A stretch of 64,000 nt of DNA from Candidatus Velesiimonas alkalicola (GCA_013626165.1 NDHX01000004.1:64565-128564); one strand, 5' to 3'; positions 31,461 through 42,384 are shown, counted from the stretch's first letter. Translations and numbers: made by a program. Notes: a model not told the origin generated them from the sequence alone.

Positions 31461-32714
31461 ATGGATATAGAAAAATATGTTTTTGATGTTGTCCAAAAAG
31501 CAAAACAGGCATCTATCGCTCTTGGGATTCTGCCAACAGAGAAAAAAAATTCTGCACTATGTTTCATAGTAGATGAGATTTCAAAATCATCTTCAAAAAT
31601 TTTAGATGCAAATAAAAAAGATATAAATACTTGTATAAAACTTAAAAAGCCTCCTGCATTTATTGAGAGACTTAAACTGGATAAGAAAACTATTGATTCA
31701 ATGTGTGGCGCACTTATTGATATACAAAAACTTAATGACCCTGTCGGTAATATTGAAAATATAAAAAGAATGCCCAACGGATTGTTGATAGGAAAGATGC
31801 ATGTCCCGATAGGAGTTGTGCTTATAATATACGAATCAAGGCCGAATGTTACAAGTGATGCAGCAGGACTGTGCCTTAAAAGTGGGAATGCTTGTATATT
31901 AAAAGGCGGGAAGGAATCTATAAATACAAACATTGCAATTGATGAAAGTTTAAGAAAAGGACTTAAAAAAGCAGGGATAGATGAGAGTGCAGTACAGGTT
32001 GTAAGAACATTTGACAGAGAAGCAGTTGATATATTGTTAAAGCAAAACAGGTATATAGACCTTGTTATTCCAAGGGGCGGAGAGGGGCTTATAGAAGAGG
32101 TTATACAAAAGTCCCGCATACCTATTATAAAACATTATAAGGGTGTTTGTAATATATTTGTTGACATAACAGCAGATATACAGAAGTCTTGTAAAATAAT
32201 CTATAATGCAAAGGTCCAAAGACCCGGTGTTTGTAATGCTGTAGAATGTGTATTGATTCACAAAGATATTGCAAATGTTATTCTGCCGGATCTTTCAGAA
32301 CTTCTGTTCACTGCTGGAGTAGAAATAAAAGGATGCGACAAAACTTGCAGTCTTGTTCCAAAGGCAAAAAAAGCTGTGCAGGGTGATTGGGGGAAAGAGT
32401 TCCTTGACCTTATACTTGCCGTTCGTATAGTTGATTCAATTGATGAAGCAATAAAATATATAAGACGGTACGGGTCCTCTCATTCAGATGCAATCCTTAC
32501 AGAAAACTATACGAATGCAATGAAATTTATAAGAGAAGTTGATTCAGCCTGTGTATATGTCAACTCCTCTACCAGATTTACAGATGGTGGACAGTTTGGA
32601 ATGGGTGCCGAGATTGGTATATCAACGGACAAGATTCACGCCAGAGGACCTATGGGACTTGAAGAGATGACCTCTTACAAATATATAATATTAGGGGAGG
32701 GGCAGATAAGGTAA
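31461..32714 (+). CDS. proA: gamma-glutamyl phosphate reductase
   Basis: Aldehyde dehydrogenase-like; ATG 31461 (MDIEKYVFDV) preferred over upstream extension 31401. Confidence 0.8.
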   Translation: MDIEKYVFDVVQKAKQASIALGILPTEKKNSALCFIVDEISKSSSKILDANKKDINTCIKLKKPPAFIERLKLDKKTIDSMCGALIDIQKLNDPVGNIENIKRMPNGLLIGKMHVPIGVVLIIYESRPNVTSDAAGLCLKSGNACILKGGKESINTNIAIDESLRKGLKKAGIDESAVQVVRTFDREAVDILLKQNRYIDLVIPRGGEGLIEEVIQKSRIPIIKHYKGVCNIFVDITADIQKSCKIIYNAKVQRPGVCNAVECVLIHKDIANVILPDLSELLFTAGVEIKGCDKTCSLVPKAKKAVQGDWGKEFLDLILAVRIVDSIDEAIKYIRRYGSSHSDAILTENYTNAMKFIREVDSACVYVNSSTRFTDGGQFGMGAEIGISTDKIHARGPMGLEEMTSYKYIILGEGQIR

Positions 32715-32841
32715 AAATAGGTGTCGAGGTATCGGAAGATATAAAACACAGGTGACAGGTGCTCTGGTGCTTCGGAGACTGGTTTTTCGGTTACCAGTCT
32801 CTAGTGAGTCTGTCACCTCGTTACTTATCAAGAGTAGGTAT

Positions 32842-33429
32842 ATGAGAATAGGCATACTTGGGGGGACCTTTAATCCAATTCATATCGGGCATCTTGTTCT
32901 TGCAGAAGAAGCAAAAGAATCCTTAAAACTTGATAGGGTTATATTCATACCTGCTTTTATGCCGCCTCATAAAAATAGTTCAAGCATTATCAACCCTGAT
33001 GACAGACTTCAGATGGTCTGTCTTGCTGTACAGGGGAATGATGCATTTGAAGTAAGTGATATAGAGATAAGAAAACAAAGGATGTCATATTCGGTATATA
33101 CATTAAGAGATTTACACAAGCAGTATGGGAAAGGCACAGGCTTTTTTTTAATAACAGGTTCTGATTCACTTGGAGAATTGACTTCCTGGAAAAATATACA
33201 GGAGGTATTTCGCATGTCTCAGTTTGTTGTTGCCAGTAGACCCGGTTTTCCTGTTAAAGATGTTCCAAGTCAGATAAAGGTTGTTTTAATAACCCCCCTT
33301 GAAATATCTTCAACACAGATAAGAAGAAAAATAAGAGAAGGTCATTCTATAAGGTATCTTGTTCCTGATCCGGTAAGAGGATATATACTTGAAAAAGGTT
33401 TGTACAGAGATAAAAATCCTGGAAAATAA
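32842..33429 (+). CDS. nadD: nicotinate-nucleotide adenylyltransferase
   Basis: MRIGILGGTFNPIHIGHL (HxGH nucleotidyltransferase motif); the upstream 30 aa of ORF 32752 is read from repeat DNA. Confidence 0.8.
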   Translation: MRIGILGGTFNPIHIGHLVLAEEAKESLKLDRVIFIPAFMPPHKNSSSIINPDDRLQMVCLAVQGNDAFEVSDIEIRKQRMSYSVYTLRDLHKQYGKGTGFFLITGSDSLGELTSWKNIQEVFRMSQFVVASRPGFPVKDVPSQIKVVLITPLEISSTQIRRKIREGHSIRYLVPDPVRGYILEKGLYRDKNPGK

Positions 33430-35734
33430 ACTTAATGATTTTAATTTAGAGTCAAGAACATCGGCTTTAAAAGAATTATCCGAAAAAGTAAAATCAGGTA
33501 AGATACATGTAAGACCGGTAAGACAGGCCACAAATATGCATTTTCATACTTTTTTTTCATATAATTTATTAGGCTGGTCTCCTCTAAGGGTGGCATGGGA
33601 GTCTTATAAAAAAGGATTTCTAACATCCGGGATTGTTGATTTTGATGTGCTTGATGGAATGGAAGAATTTCTATGTGCAGGTGAAATATTAGGATTAAAA
33701 TCAGAGGTAGGACTTGAAACAAGAGTATTTATAAAAGAATGGGGACAGAAGGTTATAAACTCACCCTACGAACCTGGCATATTTTATCTTATGGGAACCG
33801 GTTTCTGGAAATTGCCTAAGAAAAATAGCAATCTAGAAAACACACTTATAAAATTAAGGACAACGGCAAGACAGAGGAATATACAGGTAGTTAAAAAAGT
33901 AAATGAATATTTAAAAAATGTACGGGTTGATTATGAAAAAGATGTTATACCCCTTACTCCTTCCGGCAATGCAACAGAAAGACATATTGTATGTGCATAT
34001 GATATAAAAACAAGACAATGTTTCCCTGATACAGGTAAACTATGTAGGTTCTGGTCAGATGTATTCAAAAAAGATATAAATATAATTAAGTCTTTGATGA
34101 AAGATAAACCGGCATTTTATGAGGTTATTCGTTTCAATCTTATGAAATATGGGGGCCCCGCCTATATAAAACCCGACACTGGTTCTTTTTCAACCATTGA
34201 AGAGGTTATAGAAATGATAACAGGATGCGAGGCTGTTCCGACCGCAACCTGGCTTGATGGAACAAGTGAGGCAGAAAAAAAGCCGGAAAATTTTCTTTCA
34301 CTTCTTATGCAAAAAGGTATAGAGATTGTAAATATTATTCCGGATAGAAACTGGAATATAAAAAATAAGAAAGAGCAAAATAGAAAAGTTAAGAACCTTT
34401 ACATGTTTCTTGATACTGCAATAAAAATGAATATACCTGTTATTATCGGAACAGAGATGAATAAACAGGGACAGCCTGTAGAAGATAATTTGGGCACCTT
34501 TGAACTTTCGCCTTATGCCCAATATTTTATTCAATCTTCTTTGGTGCTTACGGGACATACTATTTTGGCAAGATACCTAAACCGGTCTATTACCAGCAGG
34601 TGGGCAAAGGAAAGATTTGGAAAAGATAAAAAAAAGAGAAATGTATTTTATGCTGGTATTGGAAAAAAATATTCACTCGGAGAAAAAGAAGACAAAATGA
34701 AAGCCGCAATATTTCTTGGACCCGGAAAAATGGAGGTTAAAAATATCTCAGATCCTAAACCAAAAAAAGGCGAGGTTTTGCTTAACATAAAGGCCTGTGC
34801 AGTATGCGGAACAGATGTGCGGATATTTTATCATGGGCAGAAGAATGTTGTTCCACCGCGGATAACAGGGCATGAGATAGCGGGTATTGTTGAGGATGTC
34901 GGAGAGGAAGTAAAAAATGTAAAAGCGGGAACTCCTGTAACAACCGTTACTTCTGTTGGGTGTGGAGATTGTAAATATTGTTCAAAAGGCAATGTCAATC
35001 TTTGTCCTGAAACAAGGGCAATCGGTTATTTCTGGGACGGTGGTTTTGCAGAAAAGATGATAATTCCAGCAGAGGCTATCTCACAGAATTCTCTTATAAA
35101 ACTTTCCAAAGGTATGGATTTTGATGTTGCGTCTCTTATAGAGCCTTTTTCCTGTTGTATAAACGGACAGGATTACTTAAACATACAGGAAGGGGATAGT
35201 GTTGTTGTTTTTGGTTCTGGTCCTATCGGATGTATGCATATCGCACTTGCAAAAGCACAAGGCGTAGATTCTGTATATCTTATAGATGTATCTGACGAAA
35301 GACTTTCTATGAGTAAGCCTTTTGGTGTGGATATATGTATAAACAGCACCAGAGAAGATCCTGTAAAAAGGATACTTGAACTTACACAGGGACAGGGAGC
35401 CGATTGTATCATAACAGCCTGTCCTGCTGGCATTGCACAGGAACAGGCATTACAGATGGCTTCAAAAAAGGGGAGGATAAGTTTTTTTGGCGGGCTTCCA
35501 AAAGACAATCCTTATATAAAATTTGATTCAAACCTTATACACTACAGGGAAATATCTGTTTTCGGCGCTTTTGCATCTCACAGGGAACAGTTTGTAAGGG
35601 CGCTGGAATTTATTAAATCAGGTAAAATAAAAGCAAATGATTTTATAACACACCGTTTTTCGCTTGAAGATATAACAAAGGCTATAGAAACAGTAAAGAC
35701 AGGAAAATCGCTCAAAGCAGTAATTGTAATGTAA
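33389..35734 (+). CDS. fusion protein: N-terminal PHP-like metal-dependent phosphoesterase domain, C-terminal Zn-dependent medium-chain alcohol/polyol dehydrogenase
   Basis: PHP-like start NMHFHTFFSYN; alternative start ATG 33536; from ~aa 437 MKAAIFLGPGK...CAVCGTDV...GHEIAGIV (MDR Zn-ADH) with no intervening stop. Confidence 0.55.
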   Translation: MKKVCTEIKILENKLNDFNLESRTSALKELSEKVKSGKIHVRPVRQATNMHFHTFFSYNLLGWSPLRVAWESYKKGFLTSGIVDFDVLDGMEEFLCAGEILGLKSEVGLETRVFIKEWGQKVINSPYEPGIFYLMGTGFWKLPKKNSNLENTLIKLRTTARQRNIQVVKKVNEYLKNVRVDYEKDVIPLTPSGNATERHIVCAYDIKTRQCFPDTGKLCRFWSDVFKKDINIIKSLMKDKPAFYEVIRFNLMKYGGPAYIKPDTGSFSTIEEVIEMITGCEAVPTATWLDGTSEAEKKPENFLSLLMQKGIEIVNIIPDRNWNIKNKKEQNRKVKNLYMFLDTAIKMNIPVIIGTEMNKQGQPVEDNLGTFELSPYAQYFIQSSLVLTGHTILARYLNRSITSRWAKERFGKDKKKRNVFYAGIGKKYSLGEKEDKMKAAIFLGPGKMEVKNISDPKPKKGEVLLNIKACAVCGTDVRIFYHGQKNVVPPRITGHEIAGIVEDVGEEVKNVKAGTPVTTVTSVGCGDCKYCSKGNVNLCPETRAIGYFWDGGFAEKMIIPAEAISQNSLIKLSKGMDFDVASLIEPFSCCINGQDYLNIQEGDSVVVFGSGPIGCMHIALAKAQGVDSVYLIDVSDERLSMSKPFGVDICINSTREDPVKRILELTQGQGADCIITACPAGIAQEQALQMASKKGRISFFGGLPKDNPYIKFDSNLIHYREISVFGAFASHREQFVRALEFIKSGKIKANDFITHRFSLEDITKAIETVKTGKSLKAVIVM

Positions 35735-35755
35735 CAAGGCAACTGGTGACTGATT

Positions 35756-37438
35756 ATGATTTCATCCAAAATTAATCTGAATAACCCTGAACTTCGAGAA
35801 ATAAAAAACTCATTGGTTATAAGTCACCAGATGTTTTTATCTAGTTTAAGGAAATATTATATCAATAAGATTTCTGCCTGGTTTTACACACAGGAGCAAA
35901 AACAGTGGCTAAAAAATACTATCAAAGAGCAAAATTCCAAGCAGTGGGATATACTAACCACAGATTGTGAAAGGATAATGTCTTCTGATTTAAAGAATCC
36001 CCTTGTGGTTTCTATCCTGCCATTTTCTCGCGTGTACTATTTAGAGTCCGATATCAGATACTTAAAATTTATAAAAAAATATTTGCAAGCATTTATCAAT
36101 ATTGAGCAGGATAAGAATATATTGTTATTCACTGCAAGGTTATGTGAAGCGGTTGATTTGTTTTATCTCTTATTGGAGGATAAACAGTGGACAGATGATG
36201 AATTTGAACATCTAATAGAATTTATTTATACAAGTTTCCAATCTTTATTTAATCACTTATCCTGTGATGGTTCATTTAATAATTTTAAGGCCGCATCAAC
36301 ACTACTTTACATATCTTCTTATTTCTCTGAATTTCAGGGCTCACATAAAAAGATCAGATCTACCCTACCTGTGGTTGAAGGCTTTGTGTTAGACAATATT
36401 CTTACAGATGGTTTTAGTAAAGATACTGATACATCTTCAATTGTGGACATCTTAAATGAGATTATAAAGATTCGGTCTCTCTTTTTTTTAAGAACTAAAT
36501 TTAGTCCACAGTTTATAAACAGGCTTGAAAAGGCTTCATCTGCACTTGCAAATGTAATAATGCCGGACAAAACAATTCTCTATAATTCAAAAGGACTAAA
36601 CAATGAACAGATATATTCTGTTGTGCAAAAGGTCAGACTCATAATTGGCAAGAAGCCAATCTTTGATTATAAAAAATTAGATATAGACTGTGCATTTAGT
36701 TTCGGTAAAAAATATATAAATCAGACAGATACAGATAAAATATCATCCCAGAAATCGGCTGTTTCATTTCCTTACACCGGTCTATATATACAAAGGGCAG
36801 TGCACCATAAAAATATAAACACACTTTGTGTAAGAACAAAAAAACAGCCCGGTTTTGACATGTTTTTATCGGAAAAACCTGTGATACAGAATCAGGAACT
36901 TTTTGAAAAAAACAGTATGTGTAGCGTTGACCTGTGGGCGGTCGGGAAAAAAAGAAGGATGCTTCGTATAACAGGCGAAAATTCAAGAAGCAAAACCTTT
37001 CTTCTTGAACAGGACAGATACTGGATTGTTGCCGACTCGTTAATGGGAATAAAAGATAAGGAATTAATTGTCAAATATAAAATAAAAATCGCAAAGATTG
37101 TGTGGAATAAGGAAAGGGGGTTAGCATCTGTGAGGCTTGAAAACGGAACAGGTCTTATAATCTGTCCTGTATCAAATGTTTGTCTTGATATCAGTATTTT
37201 TAACAGCGGGGATAGTTCAGAGATGGTTTTAAGAGCACCTTCAGAAGAAAAAAATCAGGGTGGTTGTCATTTGGTATGTGTTTTTTATCCATCAGAAACT
37301 GAAAGGGATATAAACCTCAAAGTAAGAAGCACATGGACAGAGTATGGACCGTCTGCAATAACAGTATTCAGAGAAAAAATTACTGATTCTATTCCTTTTA
37401 GGATGTTTGTCCAGGGTGAGGAAGGAAAGAAAAGATGA
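35756..37438 (+). CDS. hypothetical 560-aa cytoplasmic protein (possibly heparinase II/III-like fold)
   Basis: Long ORF with good coding character, no signal peptide, no motif I can name confidently. Confidence 0.4.
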   Translation: MISSKINLNNPELREIKNSLVISHQMFLSSLRKYYINKISAWFYTQEQKQWLKNTIKEQNSKQWDILTTDCERIMSSDLKNPLVVSILPFSRVYYLESDIRYLKFIKKYLQAFINIEQDKNILLFTARLCEAVDLFYLLLEDKQWTDDEFEHLIEFIYTSFQSLFNHLSCDGSFNNFKAASTLLYISSYFSEFQGSHKKIRSTLPVVEGFVLDNILTDGFSKDTDTSSIVDILNEIIKIRSLFFLRTKFSPQFINRLEKASSALANVIMPDKTILYNSKGLNNEQIYSVVQKVRLIIGKKPIFDYKKLDIDCAFSFGKKYINQTDTDKISSQKSAVSFPYTGLYIQRAVHHKNINTLCVRTKKQPGFDMFLSEKPVIQNQELFEKNSMCSVDLWAVGKKRRMLRITGENSRSKTFLLEQDRYWIVADSLMGIKDKELIVKYKIKIAKIVWNKERGLASVRLENGTGLIICPVSNVCLDISIFNSGDSSEMVLRAPSEEKNQGGCHLVCVFYPSETERDINLKVRSTWTEYGPSAITVFREKITDSIPFRMFVQGEEGKKR

Positions 37439-37571
37439 CACCTTAAACACCTTAAAGATCTCTACGACTAAAATATAATATCTTCTCAATGGCAATTGGT
37501 TATTTATCTGGTTATTTAGTTATTTAGATAACCAAACCATTAAACAACCAGATAACTACATGGAGTAAAAT

Positions 37572-38345
37572 ATGCTTATAGGTTGCAGTACATTTTGTGT
37601 AGATTCGGGGATTCCACTTATAGAAAAATTAAGGATAATAAAGGATGCGGGCTTTCCATTTATTGGTATATGTGCCGAGGACCTGCCCGATGTTGCAGAT
37701 ATATCATCTGTTATAAAAGCAGTCTCTGAGATAAAGATAAGTATATCATCCTGCCATTGTCCGACCATACTTGATATGAAAGATGATGTAGGGCAGACGG
37801 TTGATTCACTTTATAATGAACTTGCAACAGCCGTTGCCATCGGATGTAAGTTTTTTGTCATATCATTTGAAAGCGGAGGAGCACAGGAACAGTCAGAATA
37901 CGCGCACAGTATTCTTGTGAAACTACTTCCAATTGCTCATGCACACAAGGTTATCATCGGTATAGAAAATACTGATTTTGAACATATACAAAATATTGCA
38001 AGTGTAATAGCAAATATAAATTCTCCTTTTGTAAGGTCAGTTTTCAATATAGGGAATTGCACAAATAACGGCGGGAATTTAAATCCAGAATGTTCAGCAC
38101 AGGCTATAGATATACTCGGTAGATCTATAATAGAGATCCATGTATCAGATGCAGATAAAGAGCAATCACATCTTATCCCGGGAAAGGGTCAGACTTTATG
38201 GGTAAAACTTGGTATTGCAATATTAAGAACAAAATACAGGGGATATTGGATGCTTGAATACAAGAATAAAGAACCGGCTCTAACACTGTCTGAGGGCATG
38301 GATTTTATATACAAATTTACAGGAAGACAAAGAGTGGTAATGTAG
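37572..38345 (+). CDS. sugar phosphate isomerase/epimerase (xylose isomerase-like TIM barrel)
   Basis: Family-typical alternating beta/alpha pattern and conserved Glu/His (IGIENT, EIHVSD). Confidence 0.5.
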   Translation: MLIGCSTFCVDSGIPLIEKLRIIKDAGFPFIGICAEDLPDVADISSVIKAVSEIKISISSCHCPTILDMKDDVGQTVDSLYNELATAVAIGCKFFVISFESGGAQEQSEYAHSILVKLLPIAHAHKVIIGIENTDFEHIQNIASVIANINSPFVRSVFNIGNCTNNGGNLNPECSAQAIDILGRSIIEIHVSDADKEQSHLIPGKGQTLWVKLGIAILRTKYRGYWMLEYKNKEPALTLSEGMDFIYKFTGRQRVVM

Positions 38346-38443
38346 AAGATAGGTAACTGATGGCTGGTTGAAAATTCAGGTCCATCCTCAACAGTCCATA
38401 GTCTACAGTTTATGGACCACAAAATAAAGGGGAAAACAACATA

Positions 38444-40441
38444 TTGAGTAATCTTGTAATAGTAGAATCTCCTGCAAAGGCTAAAACCATAGGGAAGTTT
38501 CTTGGGACAAACTATACCGTCAAAGCATCTATGGGACATGTTATAGATTTGCCGGGCAACAGAATGGGAATAGAAATAAGTAATGAAAAAATAGGAGAAC
38601 CTGAATATGTAGTAATAAAAGGGAAAAAAACCGTGCTTACAGAATTAAAAAAAATTGCGAAAAATTCAAATGTATATATTGCAACAGATCCAGACAGAGA
38701 AGGTGAGGCAATAGGCTGGCATATCTTAAATTACATTAAGGCTGAAAATCCCAGGAGAATACTTTTATATGAAATAACAAAAGAAGCCGTTCAATATGCA
38801 ATCGAACATCCATCCTTGATAGACAATAATAAGGTTCAGTCCCAGCAGGCAAGAAGAATACTTGACAGGGTTGTTGGCTACTCAATAAGTCCGATATTGT
38901 GGAAAAAAGTGGGCAGGGGTTTAAGCGCAGGCAGGGTCCAATCTGTTGCAGTGCGGATTATTGTTGAAAGAGATAGGCAGATAAGGGCATTTGTTTCGGA
39001 AGAATACTGGACAATAGATGCTATATTTTCTAAATTAAACAATGAGGTATTTACTTCTCGTCTTGATAGAATACAGGATGAGAAAATAAACATTAAAACA
39101 AAACAACAGGCAGATGGTATTATCGCCAGAATTAAAGGGTGTAAAAAATTTTCTGTATCTGATATAAAAATTACAGAAAAAAAGAAAAATCCATCCCCTC
39201 CTTTTATAACAAGTCAATTACAGCAGGTAGCATTTAATAAATTTCATTTTCCTGCTATAAAAACTATAAAGATTGCACAGACACTTTATGAAGGGCTTCA
39301 GATAGGCAGCAAGGAACAGGCTGGACTTATTACATACATCAGAACAGACTCTGTTAGGTGTTCAGAATCAGCAATCAAAGATGTAAGAAAATTTATTGGG
39401 GAAAAGTATGGAGATGGGTTGTGTCCCGAATCGCCCAACAGATATAAATCAAAAAAAACCGCACAGGAAGCACACGAGGCAATCCGCCCGACATCTGTTT
39501 ATAGGACACCCGATGATATAAAGCAAAACCTAACAGAAGAGCAATTTAAAATCTATGAACTTATATGGCAGAAATTTGTTGCAAGTCAGATGAGTCCTGC
39601 TATATTTTCTCAAATAAGAATTGAAATTACAGGTATAAACAATCAGGACAAATTTCTTTTTGTCTCAACTGGTTCTGTGCCTGTGTTTTTAGGTTTCCTT
39701 TCCGTTTATCAGGAGGCTGACAAACGGGGATTGGAAGAAAAAAGTGAAGGTGAAATAAAAATCCCATCTTTTACAAAAAATGAACAGGTTGAATTGAAAG
39801 AGTTAAAATCGGGTCAGCATTTTACGCAACCGCCGCCCCATTATACAGATGCAAGCCTTATAAAAGCACTTGAAGAAAAAGGTATAGGAAGGCCATCTAC
39901 ATATGCGGGCATACTTCAAGTAATCGTTAATAGGGGGTATGTGAAGAGAGAAAAGGGGGCACTTCTTGCAACAGAGATAGGAGAAATAGTTACCGATATG
40001 CTTATAAAATCTTTTCCCAATATTTTAGATGTTAAGTTCACAGCACAGATAGAAGATGAGCTTGACATCATTGAGCAAGGTAAAACAAAGTGGGATGCAG
40101 TTATCTTAAATTTTTACAGGCCGTTTAAGATTTCTCTTGATAATGCCGGGAGAGATATGCAAAACTTTAAAAAAATAGAAGTGAAAACCGATAAAAAGTG
40201 TGAAAAGTGCCAAAGCCCAATGGTTATAAAATGGGGAAGAAATGGTAGATTTATTGCCTGTTCGGCATACCCGTCTTGTAAAAATACAAAGTCCATAGGA
40301 ACAGGTGTGAAGTGTCCGTCACAAGACTGTGGGGGCGAACTTGTAGAAAGAAGAGCAAGGAAAAAAGGAGCAAGGCTCTTCTACGGTTGTTCAAGGTATC
40401 CCGAATGTAAATTTGTCACCTCATATTTGAAAAAAATATGA
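38444..40441 (+). CDS. topA: DNA topoisomerase I
   Basis: TOPRIM start LVIVESPAKAKTIGKFLG, active-site Tyr region, C-terminal Cys4 zinc ribbons. Confidence 0.9.
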   Translation: MSNLVIVESPAKAKTIGKFLGTNYTVKASMGHVIDLPGNRMGIEISNEKIGEPEYVVIKGKKTVLTELKKIAKNSNVYIATDPDREGEAIGWHILNYIKAENPRRILLYEITKEAVQYAIEHPSLIDNNKVQSQQARRILDRVVGYSISPILWKKVGRGLSAGRVQSVAVRIIVERDRQIRAFVSEEYWTIDAIFSKLNNEVFTSRLDRIQDEKINIKTKQQADGIIARIKGCKKFSVSDIKITEKKKNPSPPFITSQLQQVAFNKFHFPAIKTIKIAQTLYEGLQIGSKEQAGLITYIRTDSVRCSESAIKDVRKFIGEKYGDGLCPESPNRYKSKKTAQEAHEAIRPTSVYRTPDDIKQNLTEEQFKIYELIWQKFVASQMSPAIFSQIRIEITGINNQDKFLFVSTGSVPVFLGFLSVYQEADKRGLEEKSEGEIKIPSFTKNEQVELKELKSGQHFTQPPPHYTDASLIKALEEKGIGRPSTYAGILQVIVNRGYVKREKGALLATEIGEIVTDMLIKSFPNILDVKFTAQIEDELDIIEQGKTKWDAVILNFYRPFKISLDNAGRDMQNFKKIEVKTDKKCEKCQSPMVIKWGRNGRFIACSAYPSCKNTKSIGTGVKCPSQDCGGELVERRARKKGARLFYGCSRYPECKFVTSYLKKI

Positions 40442-42384
40442 TATTTCATCTCAAAAGTCCATACAAACCTGTTAGTGATCAGCCCTCTGCTATTTATTTC
40501 CTGTCAGATGGTATTAAAAAAAATATAAGATATCAGACACTGCTTGGCGCAACCGGCACAGGAAAAACATTTACCATTGCAAATGTAATCTCTAATATTG
40601 ATAAACCCGTCCTTGTAATATCACACAACAAAACACTTGCCGCACAATTATACAGAGAGTTCAAAGATTTTTTCCCCAGCAATGCAGTAGAATACTTCAT
40701 AAGTTATTATGATTATTACCAGCCCGAAGCATATATCCCGCAGACAGACACATATATTGAAAAAGACGCAACCATAAACGAAGAAATAGACAGACTTCGT
40801 CTTAAAGCAACAAGCAGCCTTATTACAAGAAGAGATGTGATTGTTGTTGCAAGCGTTTCCTGTATATATAACCTCGGTGAACCTTCCGAGTATGAGGGAG
40901 CACACTTAAATATAAGCGTCGGACAGACTATACCGATGGAGGATATTTTAAAAGAGTTTGTTAGTCTTCGCTATAACAGAGACGAAACAGGGTTTAAGAG
41001 AGGTATTTTTAGGGTAAGAGGGGATGTTGTTGAAATTTTTCCGTCATATGAGGAAACCCCTTTCAGGATAGAATTTTTTGGCAACAGAATAAAAAAGATT
41101 TCTCTTATAAAAACAGACGGGGCCTTTGTTTCAAACCTTGAAAAACTTTTTCTTTATCCAGCAAAACATTTTGTTGTATCACAAAATAGATTTCAAGATG
41201 CCCTTGACTCTATAAGAGAGGAACTTAAAAAAAGAGTAAAAGAACTTTTATCTGCGGGTAAAGAAATGGAGGCAAACAGGTTAAAAACAAGAACAGAATT
41301 TGATATTCAGATGCTTGAAGAAGCAGGGGTCTGTAATGGCATAGAAAACTATTCTAGACATTTTTCCCGCCGTCCAGCAGGAAGCCGTTCCTATGCGCTT
41401 CTTGATTATTTTCCAAAAGATTTTCTTACCATTATTGATGAATCACATGTTACAATCCCTCAGATTCGGGGAATGTATAATGCAGATAAATCAAGGAAAC
41501 AAACACTCGTTGATTTTGGTTTCAGACTTCCGTCCTGTATGGATAACAGGCCATTAAAATTTGAAGAATGGGATATGCTTACACCTCAATGTATATTTAT
41601 GTCTGCAACCCCCGGTGGATATGAACTGACGAAAAGTTTAGATAGAATTATTGAGCAAATTATAAGACCCACGGGACTTGTTGACCCAAAGATAGAGGTT
41701 CGCCCGATAAAAGGACAGATAGACGATATTATAAAAGAATGTAAAAACAGGATAAAAAAAGAACAAAGGGTGCTTATAACAACACTTACAAAAAAAATGG
41801 CAGAAGAATTGTCCAGGTACCTTGAAGAAATGGGTATAAAGGCAAGATATATACATTCCGATTTAAATGCATTTGAAAGAGTTGGCATCCTGAAAGATTT
41901 GAGGCTCAGAAACATAGATGTGCTTGTAGGAGTGAATCTTTTAAGAGAAGGGCTTGACCTTCCGGAGGTTTCTCTTGTTGCTGTTTTTGATGCTGATAAA
42001 GAGGGGTTCTTAAGGTCAAAAACCTCGCTGATACAGGTTTCTGGAAGAGCCGCAAGAAATATTGACGGAAGCGTTATACTGTATGCCGATACAATCACCG
42101 ATTCAATGAAAGAGGCATCAAAAGAATCGGAAAGAAGAAGAGTTGTGCAGATACGATATAATAAGCAACACAATATAAAACCGAAAACAATCCAGAAGGC
42201 GGTTAAAAATTATCTTGACACCTATGAGAAAAACCAGATCTCAAAGGTGACAGATAACATAGCCTACTACAAGGAAAAAAATATACAAAAACTTGAAGCA
42301 GAAATGAAAAGGACTGCAAGAGAACTAAACTTTGAAAAAGCAGCTTTGATAAGAGATAGAATAAAACAATTAAAAAAAGTTTGA
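40438..42384 (+). CDS. uvrB: excinuclease ABC subunit B
   Basis: Helicase motifs (GATGTGKT), C-terminal UVR motif ALIRDRIKQLKK. Confidence 0.9.
   Translation: MIFHLKSPYKPVSDQPSAIYFLSDGIKKNIRYQTLLGATGTGKTFTIANVISNIDKPVLVISHNKTLAAQLYREFKDFFPSNAVEYFISYYDYYQPEAYIPQTDTYIEKDATINEEIDRLRLKATSSLITRRDVIVVASVSCIYNLGEPSEYEGAHLNISVGQTIPMEDILKEFVSLRYNRDETGFKRGIFRVRGDVVEIFPSYEETPFRIEFFGNRIKKISLIKTDGAFVSNLEKLFLYPAKHFVVSQNRFQDALDSIREELKKRVKELLSAGKEMEANRLKTRTEFDIQMLEEAGVCNGIENYSRHFSRRPAGSRSYALLDYFPKDFLTIIDESHVTIPQIRGMYNADKSRKQTLVDFGFRLPSCMDNRPLKFEEWDMLTPQCIFMSATPGGYELTKSLDRIIEQIIRPTGLVDPKIEVRPIKGQIDDIIKECKNRIKKEQRVLITTLTKKMAEELSRYLEEMGIKARYIHSDLNAFERVGILKDLRLRNIDVLVGVNLLREGLDLPEVSLVAVFDADKEGFLRSKTSLIQVSGRAARNIDGSVILYADTITDSMKEASKESERRRVVQIRYNKQHNIKPKTIQKAVKNYLDTYEKNQISKVTDNIAYYKEKNIQKLEAEMKRTARELNFEKAALIRDRIKQLKKV

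Noticed and set aside
30454-32119. Long antisense ORFs (230 and 274 aa) opposite proB/proA
   Set aside because: They are low-complexity Ser/Leu/Ile-rich translations fully embedded in well-supported proB and proA genes. Typical AT-rich antisense frames.
33389-33535. N-terminal 49 aa of the PHP-ADH ORF overlapping the nadD 3' end
   Set aside because: It is uncertain whether translation starts at 33389 or at ATG 33536 (MHFHT, the PHP motif start). The upstream part has no recognisable similarity, so the true start may be the later one.
41586-42173. 195-aa antisense ORF inside uvrB
   Set aside because: Embedded in a strongly supported uvrB. Ser/Ile-rich, low complexity.
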